Shown piece after piece: positions 1 through 9,871 of a stretch of DNA of 34,871 nucleotides. The stretch is from the IMG/VR virus record IMGVR_UViG_2541047758_000018. One strand, 5' to 3'. A model generated the notes under the pieces. It saw nothing but the letters and a program-made list of their open reading frames with translations. It ran no database searches and had not been told where the DNA came from. Numbering within the stretch: position 1 is the first letter of the stretch; every line of letters starts with the position of its first letter. The stretch is from a virus. Its lineage: Duplodnaviria; Heunggongvirae; Uroviricota; Caudoviricetes. Made by a program: the position numbers and the translations under genes.

Positions 1-1260
1 ATGCCAAAACTCACAGATATGCAGATCCGCACATGGATAAAGGCGGGAGACAGATTTGATGGCAAGGCAGACGGCAACGGCCTTTATATTTGCTACCCCA
101 AAAACTACACAGTCCCGTTCTGGCGATTCCGCTATAAGCTCGCAGGAAAGCAGCGGGCTATGGTTATAGGCTCTTACTCCGAACTGTCACTATCAAAAGC
201 CAGAGAAACAGCAAAAGAGCTGTCAGCCAGAGTTGCTCTTGGCTATGACGTAGCAGCAGAGAAACAGGAACGAAAAGCTGAAGCACTGGCAAAAATGGAG
301 GCTGAGAAAAACGCCATGCGTGTTTCAGATCTGGCCTCCGAATACTTCGAGCGCCAGATACTTCCGAGATGGAAACATCCCGATATCCTTCGCCGGAGAA
401 TTGATAAGGATATTAACCCCTGCATTGGGCATATGAAGGTAGAGGACGTTAAGCCACGTCACATTGACGACATGTTGAAAGGTATCGTTGACCGAGGAGC
501 ACCAACGATAGCAACAGATGTATTACGCTGGACACGCCGTATCTTTGACTATGGGATAAAACGCCACGCTCTGGAGATAAACCCTTGTTCAGCGTTTGAA
601 GTATCTGATGCTGGTGGTAAAGAGGTTTCCCGCGACCGTTGGCTAACTCGCGATGAGCTTATCAGGCTATTCGAGGCTATGCGCACCGCAAAAGGATTCA
701 GCCGCCAGAACGAACTGACATTTAAGCTATTGCTGGCACTATGCGTTCGTAAGATGGAGTTATGCGCCGCACGATGGGAAGAGTTTGATTTAGATGGTGC
801 GGTATGGCATTTGCCGGAAGAACGCAGCAAAAACGGAGACCCTATTGATATACCTCTACCTTCCCCAGCCGTTGAATGGTTGAGAGAGCTACACACCTTT
901 TCATGTAATAGCGCATGGGTGCTTCCAGCCAGGAAAATGCAAAACAGAATGATCCCACATATTCAGGAAAGCACTTTACCCGTAGCACTGGCTAAGGTTC
1001 GCGCCGAAATGCCGGATGTGCCTAATTTCACGATTCACGACTTCCGACGCACCGCACGTACTCATTTAGCAGCGTTGGGTGTTGATCCTGTCGTAGCGGA
1101 ACGATGCCTCAATCATCGCATTAAGGGCGTAGAGGGGATTTATAACCGCCATCAGTATTTTGATGAGCGTAAAGCAGCACTGGCACTGTGGGCTGATCTG
1201 CTGGTGGCACTGGAAAGCGGAAAAGACTACAACGTAACGCCTCTCAGAAGGGCGAACTAA
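1..1260 (+). CDS. int: P4-family tyrosine integrase (site-specific recombinase); begins at window edge
   Basis: 419 aa. The N-terminal arm-binding-like region matches CP4-57 IntA/P4 Int-type sequence patterns. The C-terminal catalytic region reads HDFRRTARTHLAALGVDP...YNRHQY, the typical R..H..R..Y tyrosine recombinase box. The adjacent tRNA/att site would lie upstream of the window. Confidence 0.9.
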   Translation: MPKLTDMQIRTWIKAGDRFDGKADGNGLYICYPKNYTVPFWRFRYKLAGKQRAMVIGSYSELSLSKARETAKELSARVALGYDVAAEKQERKAEALAKMEAEKNAMRVSDLASEYFERQILPRWKHPDILRRRIDKDINPCIGHMKVEDVKPRHIDDMLKGIVDRGAPTIATDVLRWTRRIFDYGIKRHALEINPCSAFEVSDAGGKEVSRDRWLTRDELIRLFEAMRTAKGFSRQNELTFKLLLALCVRKMELCAARWEEFDLDGAVWHLPEERSKNGDPIDIPLPSPAVEWLRELHTFSCNSAWVLPARKMQNRMIPHIQESTLPVALAKVRAEMPDVPNFTIHDFRRTARTHLAALGVDPVVAERCLNHRIKGVEGIYNRHQYFDERKAALALWADLLVALESGKDYNVTPLRRAN

Positions 1261-1355
1261 CTGAATAGATTGAGCCTAGCTCGACGGGGCGAAAAGCGGG
1301 AAGCCTTACCGCCTGGCTCAATCACAAAATAAGGCGCAGCGTAAAAGGTGACGCA

Positions 1356-2321
1356 ATGAACGACTCTCATGAAACAACTGCGGTGCATAGAAATTTATGG
1401 CAGGAATCAGGTATCCCACCTTTGGACTACTGCACGATAGAGCGAGCATCAAAATTATTAAATTGTGAAATTGATGATATATGGCATTGGAAAGATAGAC
1501 TACATATAGACTTTTATGTCTATGCTGACTTTCTTGATTTCATTGAAGCTGATGCCACCATCCACTTCAAAAAAGATGCTGATTTTATAACTGATTTATT
1601 ACTTATGTACCCAGAAGAAGTAAGGTTTACATTTCCTTTTCTTATTACCAGCGCAAGCAACGAAGTTTATATCCCAGCATCTGAAAGCGGTGCTTATGAG
1701 CTATTTTATGCACATAAACCACTGACAGTTGAAGACAGAGACAATAAAAATGTTTTTGAACAAATTGGCAAAAACTCTTTTATTGTAAGAAAATCAATTG
1801 CATGTGGATTGTTGCGTGTACGCGGTAGTACAACACGACATTATCATTCACAAGAATGTGGAGAGCCATATGTGCGACTTGAAGCAACATTTGATTGTGA
1901 TCTATATAAATTCAAAATGCAAAGTTCCCAGATTCACCTGAGTAGCCTGTCAGATAAAAACATTTATATAACAAAGGCTGATTTAGAATACCTTCACGAC
2001 GCAAAGGTTAATGGAAGCTTTGACGCAGCTAAGAGCAAAAAACGATACGAAATGGCGGTAGAACAGGAACTAATACCTGAAATAAAAAATAGCAACCATA
2101 ATGCCGAGAGACATGCTGAAAACAGGGAAAAACTTTTCAAATCAGCAATATATCTTTTGTCAAAGTATCCTGATGAATGCCGTGGCAAAAAGAAAGAAAT
2201 AAGCCCTGAGAAGTGGCGGGATTGCATAGTGGCTCATAAAGACGAAATTCCACCGTTAGCAATCACAAATGAAGATGTGATTTTGAGACACTTACGTGCT
2301 GCCGCCAACGGTAAGGGGTAG
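1356..2321 (+). CDS. hypothetical protein, AT-rich orphan cargo gene in int-alpA hotspot
   Basis: 321 aa intact ORF. It is visibly AT-rich compared with the flanking int and alpA genes. A strong rho-independent terminator follows it. No motif was recognised. Confidence 0.6.
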   Translation: MNDSHETTAVHRNLWQESGIPPLDYCTIERASKLLNCEIDDIWHWKDRLHIDFYVYADFLDFIEADATIHFKKDADFITDLLLMYPEEVRFTFPFLITSASNEVYIPASESGAYELFYAHKPLTVEDRDNKNVFEQIGKNSFIVRKSIACGLLRVRGSTTRHYHSQECGEPYVRLEATFDCDLYKFKMQSSQIHLSSLSDKNIYITKADLEYLHDAKVNGSFDAAKSKKRYEMAVEQELIPEIKNSNHNAERHAENREKLFKSAIYLLSKYPDECRGKKKEISPEKWRDCIVAHKDEIPPLAITNEDVILRHLRAAANGKG

Positions 2322-2337
2322 AGTAGCTAACTATTCA

Positions 2338-2366
2338 GGCACAGTATCATTACTGTGCCTTTTTAT
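2338..2366 (+). terminator. rho-independent terminator after orphan gene
   Basis: GGCACAGTA-tcat-TACTGTGCC stem followed by TTTTTAT. Confidence 0.7.
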
Positions 2367-2391
2367 TGTTCATATATGTACAGATACTTCC

Positions 2392-2432
2392 TCCCGTAAC
2401 GAAGCAACAACTATCGCTAAGAGGTTACGGGA
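2392..2432. promoter_or_regulatory. 9-bp perfect inverted repeat TCCCGTAAC(N23)GTTACGGGA just upstream of alpA start; candidate operator
   Basis: read directly; ends 4 bp before the alpA ATG. Confidence 0.4.
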
Positions 2433-2435
2433 AGC

Positions 2436-2639
2436 ATGAACACCGACACTATTCCTACAAAAGGCTATATCAGACGCTTTCGCCTGGCTGAATTGCTGGG
2501 CGTTAGTGTATCCACCATCGACCGTAAAGTAAGAAACGGTTCACTACCACGTCCGGTAAAGCTGGGAGAAAAAATAACTGCGTTTGATGCGGTTGAGATT
2601 CACAACTGGCTGGCAGAACGCCGCGGGAAGGTGGCCTGA
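2436..2639 (+). CDS. alpA: AlpA-family phage transcriptional regulator/excisionase-like DNA-binding protein
   Basis: 67 aa with an HTH region RFRLAELLGVSVSTIDRKVRNGSLPRPVKLG...AFDAVEIHNWL typical of the AlpA/Prophage CP4-57 regulatory family. It sits in the canonical position downstream of a P4-type int. Confidence 0.85.
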   Translation: MNTDTIPTKGYIRRFRLAELLGVSVSTIDRKVRNGSLPRPVKLGEKITAFDAVEIHNWLAERRGKVA

Positions 2640-3070
2640 TGGAAAAGAAAAACCGCCCATTACAGGCGGCTAATTCAGATATTCGCGTATCTGATGTTAC
2701 GCCCCTTACAAAATCCCTTCAAGAACCAAAGCGCACACCGAAAAAGCATCGTGCCCGAGTCTATATGCTGCGTACTGGTATAGAGGGATGGACAGAAAAT
2801 GACATTCTTCGCTACTGCCGTCTGTCTTCTGGTCGTAACTATGCAACAGAGTTAGAACGCCAGCTTGGAATCACTCTGGAGCGTATCGACGAAAAGAATC
2901 CTGATGGTATCGGAACACACCTTCGCTACCGTTTCTCCTGCCGTGGTGATGTTCTGAAAGTGATCACTCATGTTAACCATCTTGCGAACATAAATGATCA
3001 CAACGGACTTTCTCAGCAGGAAATTGCCGACATTCTGAAACTCTACCCGGACGCGTTTAACGCCGCCTAA
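2639..3070 (+). CDS. hypothetical satellite early protein
   Basis: 143 aa ORF whose start overlaps the alpA stop (ATGA). No family recognised. Confidence 0.55.
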   Translation: MEKKNRPLQAANSDIRVSDVTPLTKSLQEPKRTPKKHRARVYMLRTGIEGWTENDILRYCRLSSGRNYATELERQLGITLERIDEKNPDGIGTHLRYRFSCRGDVLKVITHVNHLANINDHNGLSQQEIADILKLYPDAFNAA

Positions 3071-3082
3071 CGGAGACTGAAA

Positions 3083-3916
3083 ATGAACATCGAAAAAAGC
3101 AGATTAATTTCTGAGGCCGCCCCTCATCTGAACGCCTCTCTGGGCACAATTAACGGTAATGAATTTGCCGCAATTGTCCCGGTTATTCCTGGTCATATCG
3201 GTGGGCGTGAAACCAATATTGTTAGCGCAAAAGCGTTACACAAAGCGTTGGGCGTGGGAAAAGACTTCTCTACATGGATCGCTGATCGCATCTCTGAATA
3301 TGACTTCACCATTGGGCACGATTACTCAGTCCATAAAACAATTTCCCCAAATTTGGGGAAAAGCCCGAATGGCGCGGCTTACAGCAAGATTAAGCACTCT
3401 GGCAGACCCGGCAAAGACTATCTGTTAAGTGTCGGAATGGCGAAAGAACTGGCAATGATCGAACGCAATGATCAGGGTCGCGCTATCCGTCGTTATTTCA
3501 TCCAGTGCGAGGAAGAATTACAGCGTAGCGTTCCTGAAATCGCCGCCCGCTATCGTCGCCAGCTAAAAGCCCGTATCAGTGCCGCAAACAACTTTAAGCC
3601 AATGTGCGATGCGCTGAACATGGCCCGTGCCGAGCAGGGGAAAACGACGCAGCAACACCACTACACAAACGAGAGCAATATGATTTCTCGTATCGTTCTT
3701 GGTGGGCTAACTGCTAAGCAGTGGGCGCGGATAAATGGCTATTCTGGCGAACCTCGCGACCATATGAACGCAGAACAGCTTGAGCACCTCTCATATCTCG
3801 AAAGCACCAATATCACGTTAATTGATATGGGCATGGAATATGAGCAGCGCAAAGGAGAACTCACCCGCCTGTCGCAACGCTGGCTCGCTAAGCGTCTGGA
3901 GGCGGTCAATGTCTAA
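3083..3916 (+). CDS. phage antirepressor, AntA N-terminal domain plus KilA-C-like C-terminal domain
   Basis: The N-terminal region SAKALHKALGVGKDFSTWIADRISEYDFTIGHDY matches the AntA-domain hallmark (LH..L.V.KDFS.WI..RI..Y.F.E..D). The C-terminal region has GMAKELAMIERNDQGRAIRRYFIQCEEEL. Confidence 0.75.
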   Translation: MNIEKSRLISEAAPHLNASLGTINGNEFAAIVPVIPGHIGGRETNIVSAKALHKALGVGKDFSTWIADRISEYDFTIGHDYSVHKTISPNLGKSPNGAAYSKIKHSGRPGKDYLLSVGMAKELAMIERNDQGRAIRRYFIQCEEELQRSVPEIAARYRRQLKARISAANNFKPMCDALNMARAEQGKTTQQHHYTNESNMISRIVLGGLTAKQWARINGYSGEPRDHMNAEQLEHLSYLESTNITLIDMGMEYEQRKGELTRLSQRWLAKRLEAVNV

Positions 3917-4091
3917 GCCAACAGGAACACCACAACCACAAAAACGCTACAAAGATGCCCACGGAGCACTCGTTACTGTCGAAAGCGTGTCTCACAACCG
4001 AGTGACGTTTTATCGCGACGGGTATCAATCGCCATGCGTACAACCGCTGGCACGTTTCATGAAGGAGTTCGCGGAGGTTAACAAATGCTAA
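3909..4091 (+). CDS. small hypothetical protein (60 aa), start overlaps upstream stop
   Basis: ATG at 3909 overlaps the TAA of the upstream gene. It is the internal Met of the listed 3822..4091 frame. Confidence 0.4.
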   Translation: MSKPTGTPQPQKRYKDAHGALVTVESVSHNRVTFYRDGYQSPCVQPLARFMKEFAEVNKC

Positions 4092-4559
4092 CCGCCCAGA
4101 AGAAGATATTTTCACTGGCTGGTATATCGCCAAAATCCAGCAATATGACAGCAAAGTCTGGCATTAATACAGCAGATACAAGCAAAGTTTATCATTTTCT
4201 GGTGGTAGGAGCGGATGCCTTAACTATGTCAGAAATTACGGTCGATGGTGTTAGCATTGAGAAGGTCAGCGGCTGCGCCAGAGAATTTCTGGTCGTAGAT
4301 GACCTGTTCTGCTCGCGTAGTGACTCCACAAAAATCTTCGTCCACGCGCGTGACGTTAACGAAATGAGCGCGATGTACTGTGCTTCTGGTTCTTCCAATA
4401 GTGAGTTTTCGGAGTCCATAAAAAAGAGCTTGCCGTTATGCGGCAACACGGTTTATGGTTATAAGGCACCTCATAAAACGGGTGCCGGGTTTCGCAGCCC
4501 GGAAATGTACGAGGCGACACATGACGCGCCGAGCGTCTTTTTTTGTGCCGTTAGCCAGA

Positions 4560-4746
4560 CTCACACTTTTTTCAGTGATGTGGTTATAATCCGCGTCGCT
4601 TGCAAAATTATGGTGGGCTGGACAGGGCAGCCGAAAGGCTGGCCGGTTTCCTTGTACGCCGGTACTGCGAACTCTGTTCAGTCCACCACCAGCGAGTTTC
4701 GCAGCTCCGGTGGTGGGAAGAATTCCCAGTACAAGGAGGCTGCCAC
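4560..4746 (+). promoter_or_regulatory. promoter-like -10 (TATAAT at about 4585-4590) plus GC-rich structured leader upstream of small gene
   Basis: One hairpin is CAGCC-GAAA-GGCTG (about 4628-4641). A second is an 8-bp stem CCACCACC(N18)GGTGGTGG (about 4683-4716). A strong SD AAGGAGG lies 7 nt before the ATG at 4747. Confidence 0.4.
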
Positions 4747-4941
4747 ATGCTGGCTACTACCCCTACCCAAAAACCGCAATTTATCTGGATTATCGCCGCA
4801 GTTCGCCGCGATTGCCCGACAATTACCGCCAAAATTCATCATATTGCTGCCGAGTCTGAACGCGATGCTCGCCGTTCTCTGGTGCGCGATCACGTCTGCT
4901 TTTTTGCTGGTCGTATCCGCATGGAGGTGGCACATGATTAA
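4747..4941 (+). CDS. small hypothetical protein (64 aa)
   Basis: Internal Met of the listed 4600..4941 frame. An AAGGAGG SD lies 7 nt upstream. Confidence 0.5.
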   Translation: MLATTPTQKPQFIWIIAAVRRDCPTITAKIHHIAAESERDARRSLVRDHVCFFAGRIRMEVAHD

Positions 4942-5152
4942 AACCTACGATGTGCATATGGACCCCCTCGAACGCACAAGCCAGATCATCACACTGACAG
5001 AAGTGATTAATGACATTCTGGTGAGCAACTCTCCCTCACGAGACGAAAAACTGAAGGCGTTACTCGCGATATTGGATCTCGCCGTTCGTGACGTTCATTT
5101 CCTGCTGGAAGGTGGCGAAATGCCGGTAAAAACGGGGGCAACCAATGAATAA
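4934..5152 (+). CDS. small hypothetical protein (72 aa)
   Basis: ATG preceded by GGAGGTGG. It overlaps the stop of the previous gene and is the 3' part of the doubtful 4085..5152 long ORF. Confidence 0.45.
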   Translation: MIKTYDVHMDPLERTSQIITLTEVINDILVSNSPSRDEKLKALLAILDLAVRDVHFLLEGGEMPVKTGATNE

Positions 5153-5339
5153 CTCAATCAATACCCCTCGCCTTACGTCCGCACTTCAATTAATCGAGCA
5201 AGCAGCGGCTGTCCTGCTTGCTGTCAGTCTTTCGGCTGAAGAAATGGATGCTGCTGATGTCGTGGATGCGATTAAAGCGTGCTCATCTTTGGTTAACGAT
5301 GCCCGTGCAGAGCTGGTAATTCTTGGGGGTGAAAAATGA
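5145..5339 (+). CDS. small hypothetical protein (64 aa)
   Basis: ORF track; overlapping start/stop chain typical of phage early operons. Confidence 0.5.
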   Translation: MNNSINTPRLTSALQLIEQAAAVLLAVSLSAEEMDAADVVDAIKACSSLVNDARAELVILGGEK

Positions 5340-5599
5340 ATATCAACTTAATTTATCGTCATCCGTGTGAGCTGGAAATTGAATCATTGCTGGGGCGCGA
5401 AGAGCCATATCCAGACACATTCACTCCCGCAGATTGCGCGACTGAACGGCTTACCAGAGCGCGCACAGGTCTGGTTCATGTGATGAATGAGATTATTCCC
5501 TCGGTGGGAGGGGAACAGGCGACAGTAATCAATAGCTGGCTACAAAAAGTTACCTTTCTGATAGATATCAGTTTAATCGATGTGGAGAGTGCGAAATGA
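5336..5599 (+). CDS. small hypothetical protein (87 aa)
   Basis: ORF track; ATGA overlap with previous. Confidence 0.5.
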   Translation: MNINLIYRHPCELEIESLLGREEPYPDTFTPADCATERLTRARTGLVHVMNEIIPSVGGEQATVINSWLQKVTFLIDISLIDVESAK

Positions 5600-5817
5600 C
5601 CAACATCCAGCTCATTGAAGCGCAATGTCGCATCGAACAGGTTCAGACTGTTTTAGGGTTCTGGCTTGAAGGGGCCAGCCCAAGCAACAGAGACAAGTTA
5701 ATGATTGGCGCGGTTATGTCACTGCTCAATGGCGTACCAGAAGCTATTCAGGAAGCAGACGAATTGTTGGGCAAATATGAGTTACAGAATCATTCAGGCG
5801 AGGCGAAACATGAATAA
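5596..5817 (+). CDS. small hypothetical protein (73 aa)
   Basis: ORF track; GGAGAG SD; overlap with previous. Confidence 0.5.
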   Translation: MTNIQLIEAQCRIEQVQTVLGFWLEGASPSNRDKLMIGAVMSLLNGVPEAIQEADELLGKYELQNHSGEAKHE

Positions 5818-6412
5818 TTTCTTAACTTTCCATGCAGAAGCAACGCCTGACGGCGTAAACATCATGCACCGCAGCAACGATGGCATGACAGAACGCGTTG
5901 AGACCGTCTCATATATTGATGCCGTAAATCGTCTGGATGCCGGGGATTATGACGATAAACCAGATGAAGGTATGTCAATACATCTCGCTATAGCCGATGG
6001 CGGCAACCAGGGATATTTCGATTACACATCACAGCATAACGTCATTATGTGGAGATGGTTGATCGCAACAGTATTCATGCTGGAAATGAGAGAGGAAAAC
6101 GGCACTGTCAGCATCATTGATGATACTGGCAATCCTTCCGAAGTGGCTGTTTATTCCAACGGCATCGTCGCCATGCCGCTGTATCCAGTAGCAGAGCGCC
6201 TCGCTATGGCAAACAACATTGAGGGCGCGATGATAGAACGTTTTGGCATCGAGTCTGGCACAGAACGCGCCATCATTTTCTACAGAGCCATGATGGATGT
6301 GGAACAAGGAACACTAACTCCATTTGGTCGTGAAACGCTTGCTGAACTTCACAACAGCTTTATAGCTGAACTGAATGAAAACGGCATGCCATCGGAACCA
6401 GTGACGCACTGA
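5810..6412 (+). CDS. hypothetical protein (200 aa)
   Basis: Internal ATG at 5810 of the 5705..6412 frame, overlapping the previous stop. Confidence 0.5.
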   Translation: MNNFLTFHAEATPDGVNIMHRSNDGMTERVETVSYIDAVNRLDAGDYDDKPDEGMSIHLAIADGGNQGYFDYTSQHNVIMWRWLIATVFMLEMREENGTVSIIDDTGNPSEVAVYSNGIVAMPLYPVAERLAMANNIEGAMIERFGIESGTERAIIFYRAMMDVEQGTLTPFGRETLAELHNSFIAELNENGMPSEPVTH

Positions 6413-6422
6413 GGATGGAGCC

Positions 6423-6764
6423 ATGATTACTAAAAATTTCCGACTGAATGCGCTGGCAAATAAGTATGCGTCGGCACTGTATAACCACATTACCTCCACC
6501 AGCGGCGGGGACTATTTCATGGTTGATGCGGACGGCGAGGCCGTCCGTGTGGAAATCGTCAATGGAGTAAAAGGCGTTCGCAGCCTGATCGATAGCTACA
6601 CACTGGCAGCCATGAAAGTGTTCTACCCGCAGTGGGAAACCGTGGGGATCGAGCTTCTTGAACGTTGCGTCACTAAGGACGGATTGACTGACGTCGGGCG
6701 TGAGATATGGCAAAGCATGGTTAATGACATGGGCGCAACTGTAGCGGGAGGTTCTCATGCGTGA
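6423..6764 (+). CDS. hypothetical protein (113 aa)
   Basis: ORF track; SD GAGGATGGAG. Confidence 0.55.
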   Translation: MITKNFRLNALANKYASALYNHITSTSGGDYFMVDADGEAVRVEIVNGVKGVRSLIDSYTLAAMKVFYPQWETVGIELLERCVTKDGLTDVGREIWQSMVNDMGATVAGGSHA

Positions 6765-7128
6765 AAATGCAGAAATGGCGCTTAGCTCCGCAATCGGAGA
6801 GCAGGTGGCAAAGATTGCTGGTGCTGTGTGGATTCATAACCTTCATTCTACTGGTGAAGAGAAAATGGCAATTCAGACGCCAGAGGGACGCACCATTACT
6901 ACATCTCTGAAGCCGTCAGATGTTTGTGATCTGATTTGCGCATTCATGTACCCAGCAATGAGGACTGTCCACGGCGATAAGTGGAAACTTGCGACAACCG
7001 CTGAATTTGATATGTGGCTAAACAATGATGGCATGCTGACTGATTACGGAATAACCAAGTGGCAGATGCTGGTTAGCCATATCGCAAACGCTATAGACCA
7101 CGTGGGGTACGGTGATGCGAAACATTGA
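6757..7128 (+). CDS. hypothetical protein (123 aa)
   Basis: ORF track; SD GGGAGG. Confidence 0.55.
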   Translation: MRENAEMALSSAIGEQVAKIAGAVWIHNLHSTGEEKMAIQTPEGRTITTSLKPSDVCDLICAFMYPAMRTVHGDKWKLATTAEFDMWLNNDGMLTDYGITKWQMLVSHIANAIDHVGYGDAKH

Positions 7129-9871
7129 TCTTATCCGTCAGGTTATCAGTGCGTCTGAAAACAACTGGCCTCATGTGCTGGGCTGCCTGAACATAAATGT
7201 CCCTGACTCTCCGCGCCGTCATGCTCCCTGCCCTGCATGTGGGGGCAAAGATCGATTCCGATTCGACGACAACGGGCGCGGTAGCTTCATCTGTAATCAG
7301 TGCGGCGCTGGTGATGGGCTGGATTTAATTAAACGCGTAAATAACTGCGACACAACAGAGGCGGCGTTGCTTGCCGCTGATGTTCTGGGTATTGATTACC
7401 GGACAACGGAAACACCAGAAGCCACCAGCCAGAAACGGGAACAACTGGAAACCGAGCGCCAGCGACGCGAACAGGAGCGCCTGAAAAGGGCAGAGAAGGA
7501 CGAACAACAAAGACGGGATACGTTTTCCCGTCAGTTTGATGACATGCGCAGAAAGGCTGTAAACGGCAAATCTGATTATCTGGTTGCGAAAGGGGTAGGT
7601 GATTTTACATTCCCCGTGTTGCCCGATGGATCTCTGTTGCTGGCGCTGGTGGATAAATCCGGCGCAGTCACAGCAGCACAGACTATTACCTCACATGGTG
7701 AAAAAAGACTCCTGACAGGTTCAGCAAAGCGAGGGGCATATCACGCCATAAACGCACCAGAAACAACACAGAGCATCTTAATCGCAGAAGGGCTGGCAAC
7801 GGCATTATCTGCCCATTTAATTCGTCCAGAGGCGCTGACAGTGGCGGCGATTGATGCCGGGAACCTGTTATATGTCGCCCAGGTACTGCGGGATAAATTT
7901 CCTTCAGCACAAATCATCATTGCTGCGGATAACGACCACAGCGAAGGAAGACAAAACACGGGGAGAATAGCAGCAGAAAAAGCAGCTTTATCTGTTTCTG
8001 GATGGGTGGCATTACCCCCGACAGATCACAAAGCAGACTGGAATGATTACCACCAAAAACACGGCATTAAATGCGCCACAGAAGCGTTCAATAAGTCAAT
8101 GTACCAACCACAGGGTAATGGCGTGAAACAGGAGCCACAGACCATTGAGGGAAGCGATTTTAAGGTTATGGATACCGACCCACTGAAACCAAGAATAGAA
8201 AGCCGCGAGGATGGTATTTATTGGGTATCTCCGAGAGCTGACAGCCAGAGTGGAGAAATCATCAATAACGAAAGCTGGTTATGTTCTCCGTTAAGCGTTA
8301 TCGGTACTGGCAGAGACGATAAAGACCAGTATCTCATTCTTCGCTGGCTGTCGTTTGGTTCTGAAACGCCGACAACCGCTGCCATTCCACTGGCTGATAT
8401 TGGTGAACGTGAAGGATGGCGCACACTTAAAGCTGGTGGGGTAAATGTCACGACCAAAAGCAGCCTCAGAGCAATACTGGCAGACTGGCTACAACGCAGT
8501 GGCTCTCGTGAATTGTGGCGTGTTGCTCATGCCACTGGCTGGCAATGCGGAGCGTACATCATGCCTGATGGGGAAATCATCGGAACACCTGAAAATCCTG
8601 TGCTGTTCAGCGGGAGAAGCTCAGCCGCAGCCGGATATACCGTCTCAGGGAGCGCGAAAAGCTGGCGTGATAACGTGGCGCGTCTGGCCTTTGGTAACTA
8701 TTCAATGATGACCGGGATCGGCGCAGCACTGGCAGCGCCATTGATTGGGCTGGTGGGCGCTGACGGGTTCGGCATTCATTTCTATGAGCAGTCGAGCGCA
8801 GGTAAGACCACCACGGCAAACGTGGCGAGCAGCTTATACGGCAACCCTGATTTACTGCGGCTGACGTGGTACGGAACCGCGCTGGGGCTGGCAAATGAAG
8901 CTGCCGCCCACAATGACGGACTAATGCCGCTTGATGAAGTTGGTCAGGGCGCTGATCCTGTCAGTGTTTCACAGTCTGCCTATGCGTTATTTAACGGTGT
9001 AGGGAAACTGCAAGGCGCTAAAGATGGTGGAAACCGGGATCTAAAACGCTGGCGTACAGTGGCAATCAGCACCGGAGAAATGGATTTAGAAACATTTATC
9101 GCTACTTCCGGGCGAAAAACCAAAGCCGGGCAACTGGTGCGACTGCTGAATATTCCGTTGAGTAAAGCAGTACGCTTTCACGATTACCAGAACGGAAAAC
9201 AGCACGCAGACGCACTGAAAGACGCTTACCAGCATCACCACGGCGCGTCCGGGCGTGAGTGGATTAAATGGCTGGCAGACCACCAGCAACAGGCTATTAA
9301 AACTGTTCGTGATTGCGAAAGCAGATGGAGAAGCCTGATCCCATCCGATTATGGTGAGCAGGTTCACCGTGTAGCCGCGCGATTTGCCATTCTGGAGGCC
9401 GCATTGTTGTTAGGCGAGGTTGTAACAGGCTGGGATGCTCAGACATGCCGTGATGCGATACAGCACAGCTATAACGCATGGTTGCGCGAGTTCGGCACAG
9501 GTAACAAAGAGCATCAGCAGATTATTGAACAAACGGAGGCATTTCTTAATGCCTATGGGCTTAGCCGTTTTGCACCATTTCCATACAGCCCGGCAGATTT
9601 GCCCATCAAAGATTTAGCCGGATACCGTCAGCGTGGAGAACATGACGAAAGTCCAATGATTTTCTACACATTCCCGGCCACATTTGAAAAGGAGATCGCA
9701 TGTGGTTTCAACGCAAAACAGTTTGCTGAAGTGTTGAAAAAAGCCGGGATGCTAACCCCACCAAACAGCGGTCGTGGATACCAAAGAAAATCACCACGTA
9801 TTCAGGGACGACAAATAAACGTTTATGTACTCAATTACCAGCCAGGAGATTACAACTCATCTGAAGAATGA
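7115..9871 (+). CDS. satellite primase-helicase (Zn-ribbon primase domain + Toprim + DUF927/D5-like P-loop NTPase)
   Basis: The CPACGGKDRFRFDD...FICNQCG zinc ribbon is present. A Toprim-like IAEGLATALS...IIAADND motif follows. A Walker A motif FYEQSSAGKTT is present. The ATG at 7115 follows the GTG at 7112 used by the track. This is the typical P4 alpha/PICI pri-rep architecture. Confidence 0.88.
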   Translation: MRNIDLIRQVISASENNWPHVLGCLNINVPDSPRRHAPCPACGGKDRFRFDDNGRGSFICNQCGAGDGLDLIKRVNNCDTTEAALLAADVLGIDYRTTETPEATSQKREQLETERQRREQERLKRAEKDEQQRRDTFSRQFDDMRRKAVNGKSDYLVAKGVGDFTFPVLPDGSLLLALVDKSGAVTAAQTITSHGEKRLLTGSAKRGAYHAINAPETTQSILIAEGLATALSAHLIRPEALTVAAIDAGNLLYVAQVLRDKFPSAQIIIAADNDHSEGRQNTGRIAAEKAALSVSGWVALPPTDHKADWNDYHQKHGIKCATEAFNKSMYQPQGNGVKQEPQTIEGSDFKVMDTDPLKPRIESREDGIYWVSPRADSQSGEIINNESWLCSPLSVIGTGRDDKDQYLILRWLSFGSETPTTAAIPLADIGEREGWRTLKAGGVNVTTKSSLRAILADWLQRSGSRELWRVAHATGWQCGAYIMPDGEIIGTPENPVLFSGRSSAAAGYTVSGSAKSWRDNVARLAFGNYSMMTGIGAALAAPLIGLVGADGFGIHFYEQSSAGKTTTANVASSLYGNPDLLRLTWYGTALGLANEAAAHNDGLMPLDEVGQGADPVSVSQSAYALFNGVGKLQGAKDGGNRDLKRWRTVAISTGEMDLETFIATSGRKTKAGQLVRLLNIPLSKAVRFHDYQNGKQHADALKDAYQHHHGASGREWIKWLADHQQQAIKTVRDCESRWRSLIPSDYGEQVHRVAARFAILEAALLLGEVVTGWDAQTCRDAIQHSYNAWLREFGTGNKEHQQIIEQTEAFLNAYGLSRFAPFPYSPADLPIKDLAGYRQRGEHDESPMIFYTFPATFEKEIACGFNAKQFAEVLKKAGMLTPPNSGRGYQRKSPRIQGRQINVYVLNYQPGDYNSSEE

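Noticed and set aside
3159-3428. 89 aa ORF nested in the antirepressor gene in another frame
   Set aside because: Fully overlapped by a well-supported AntA/KilAC gene; no independent signals.
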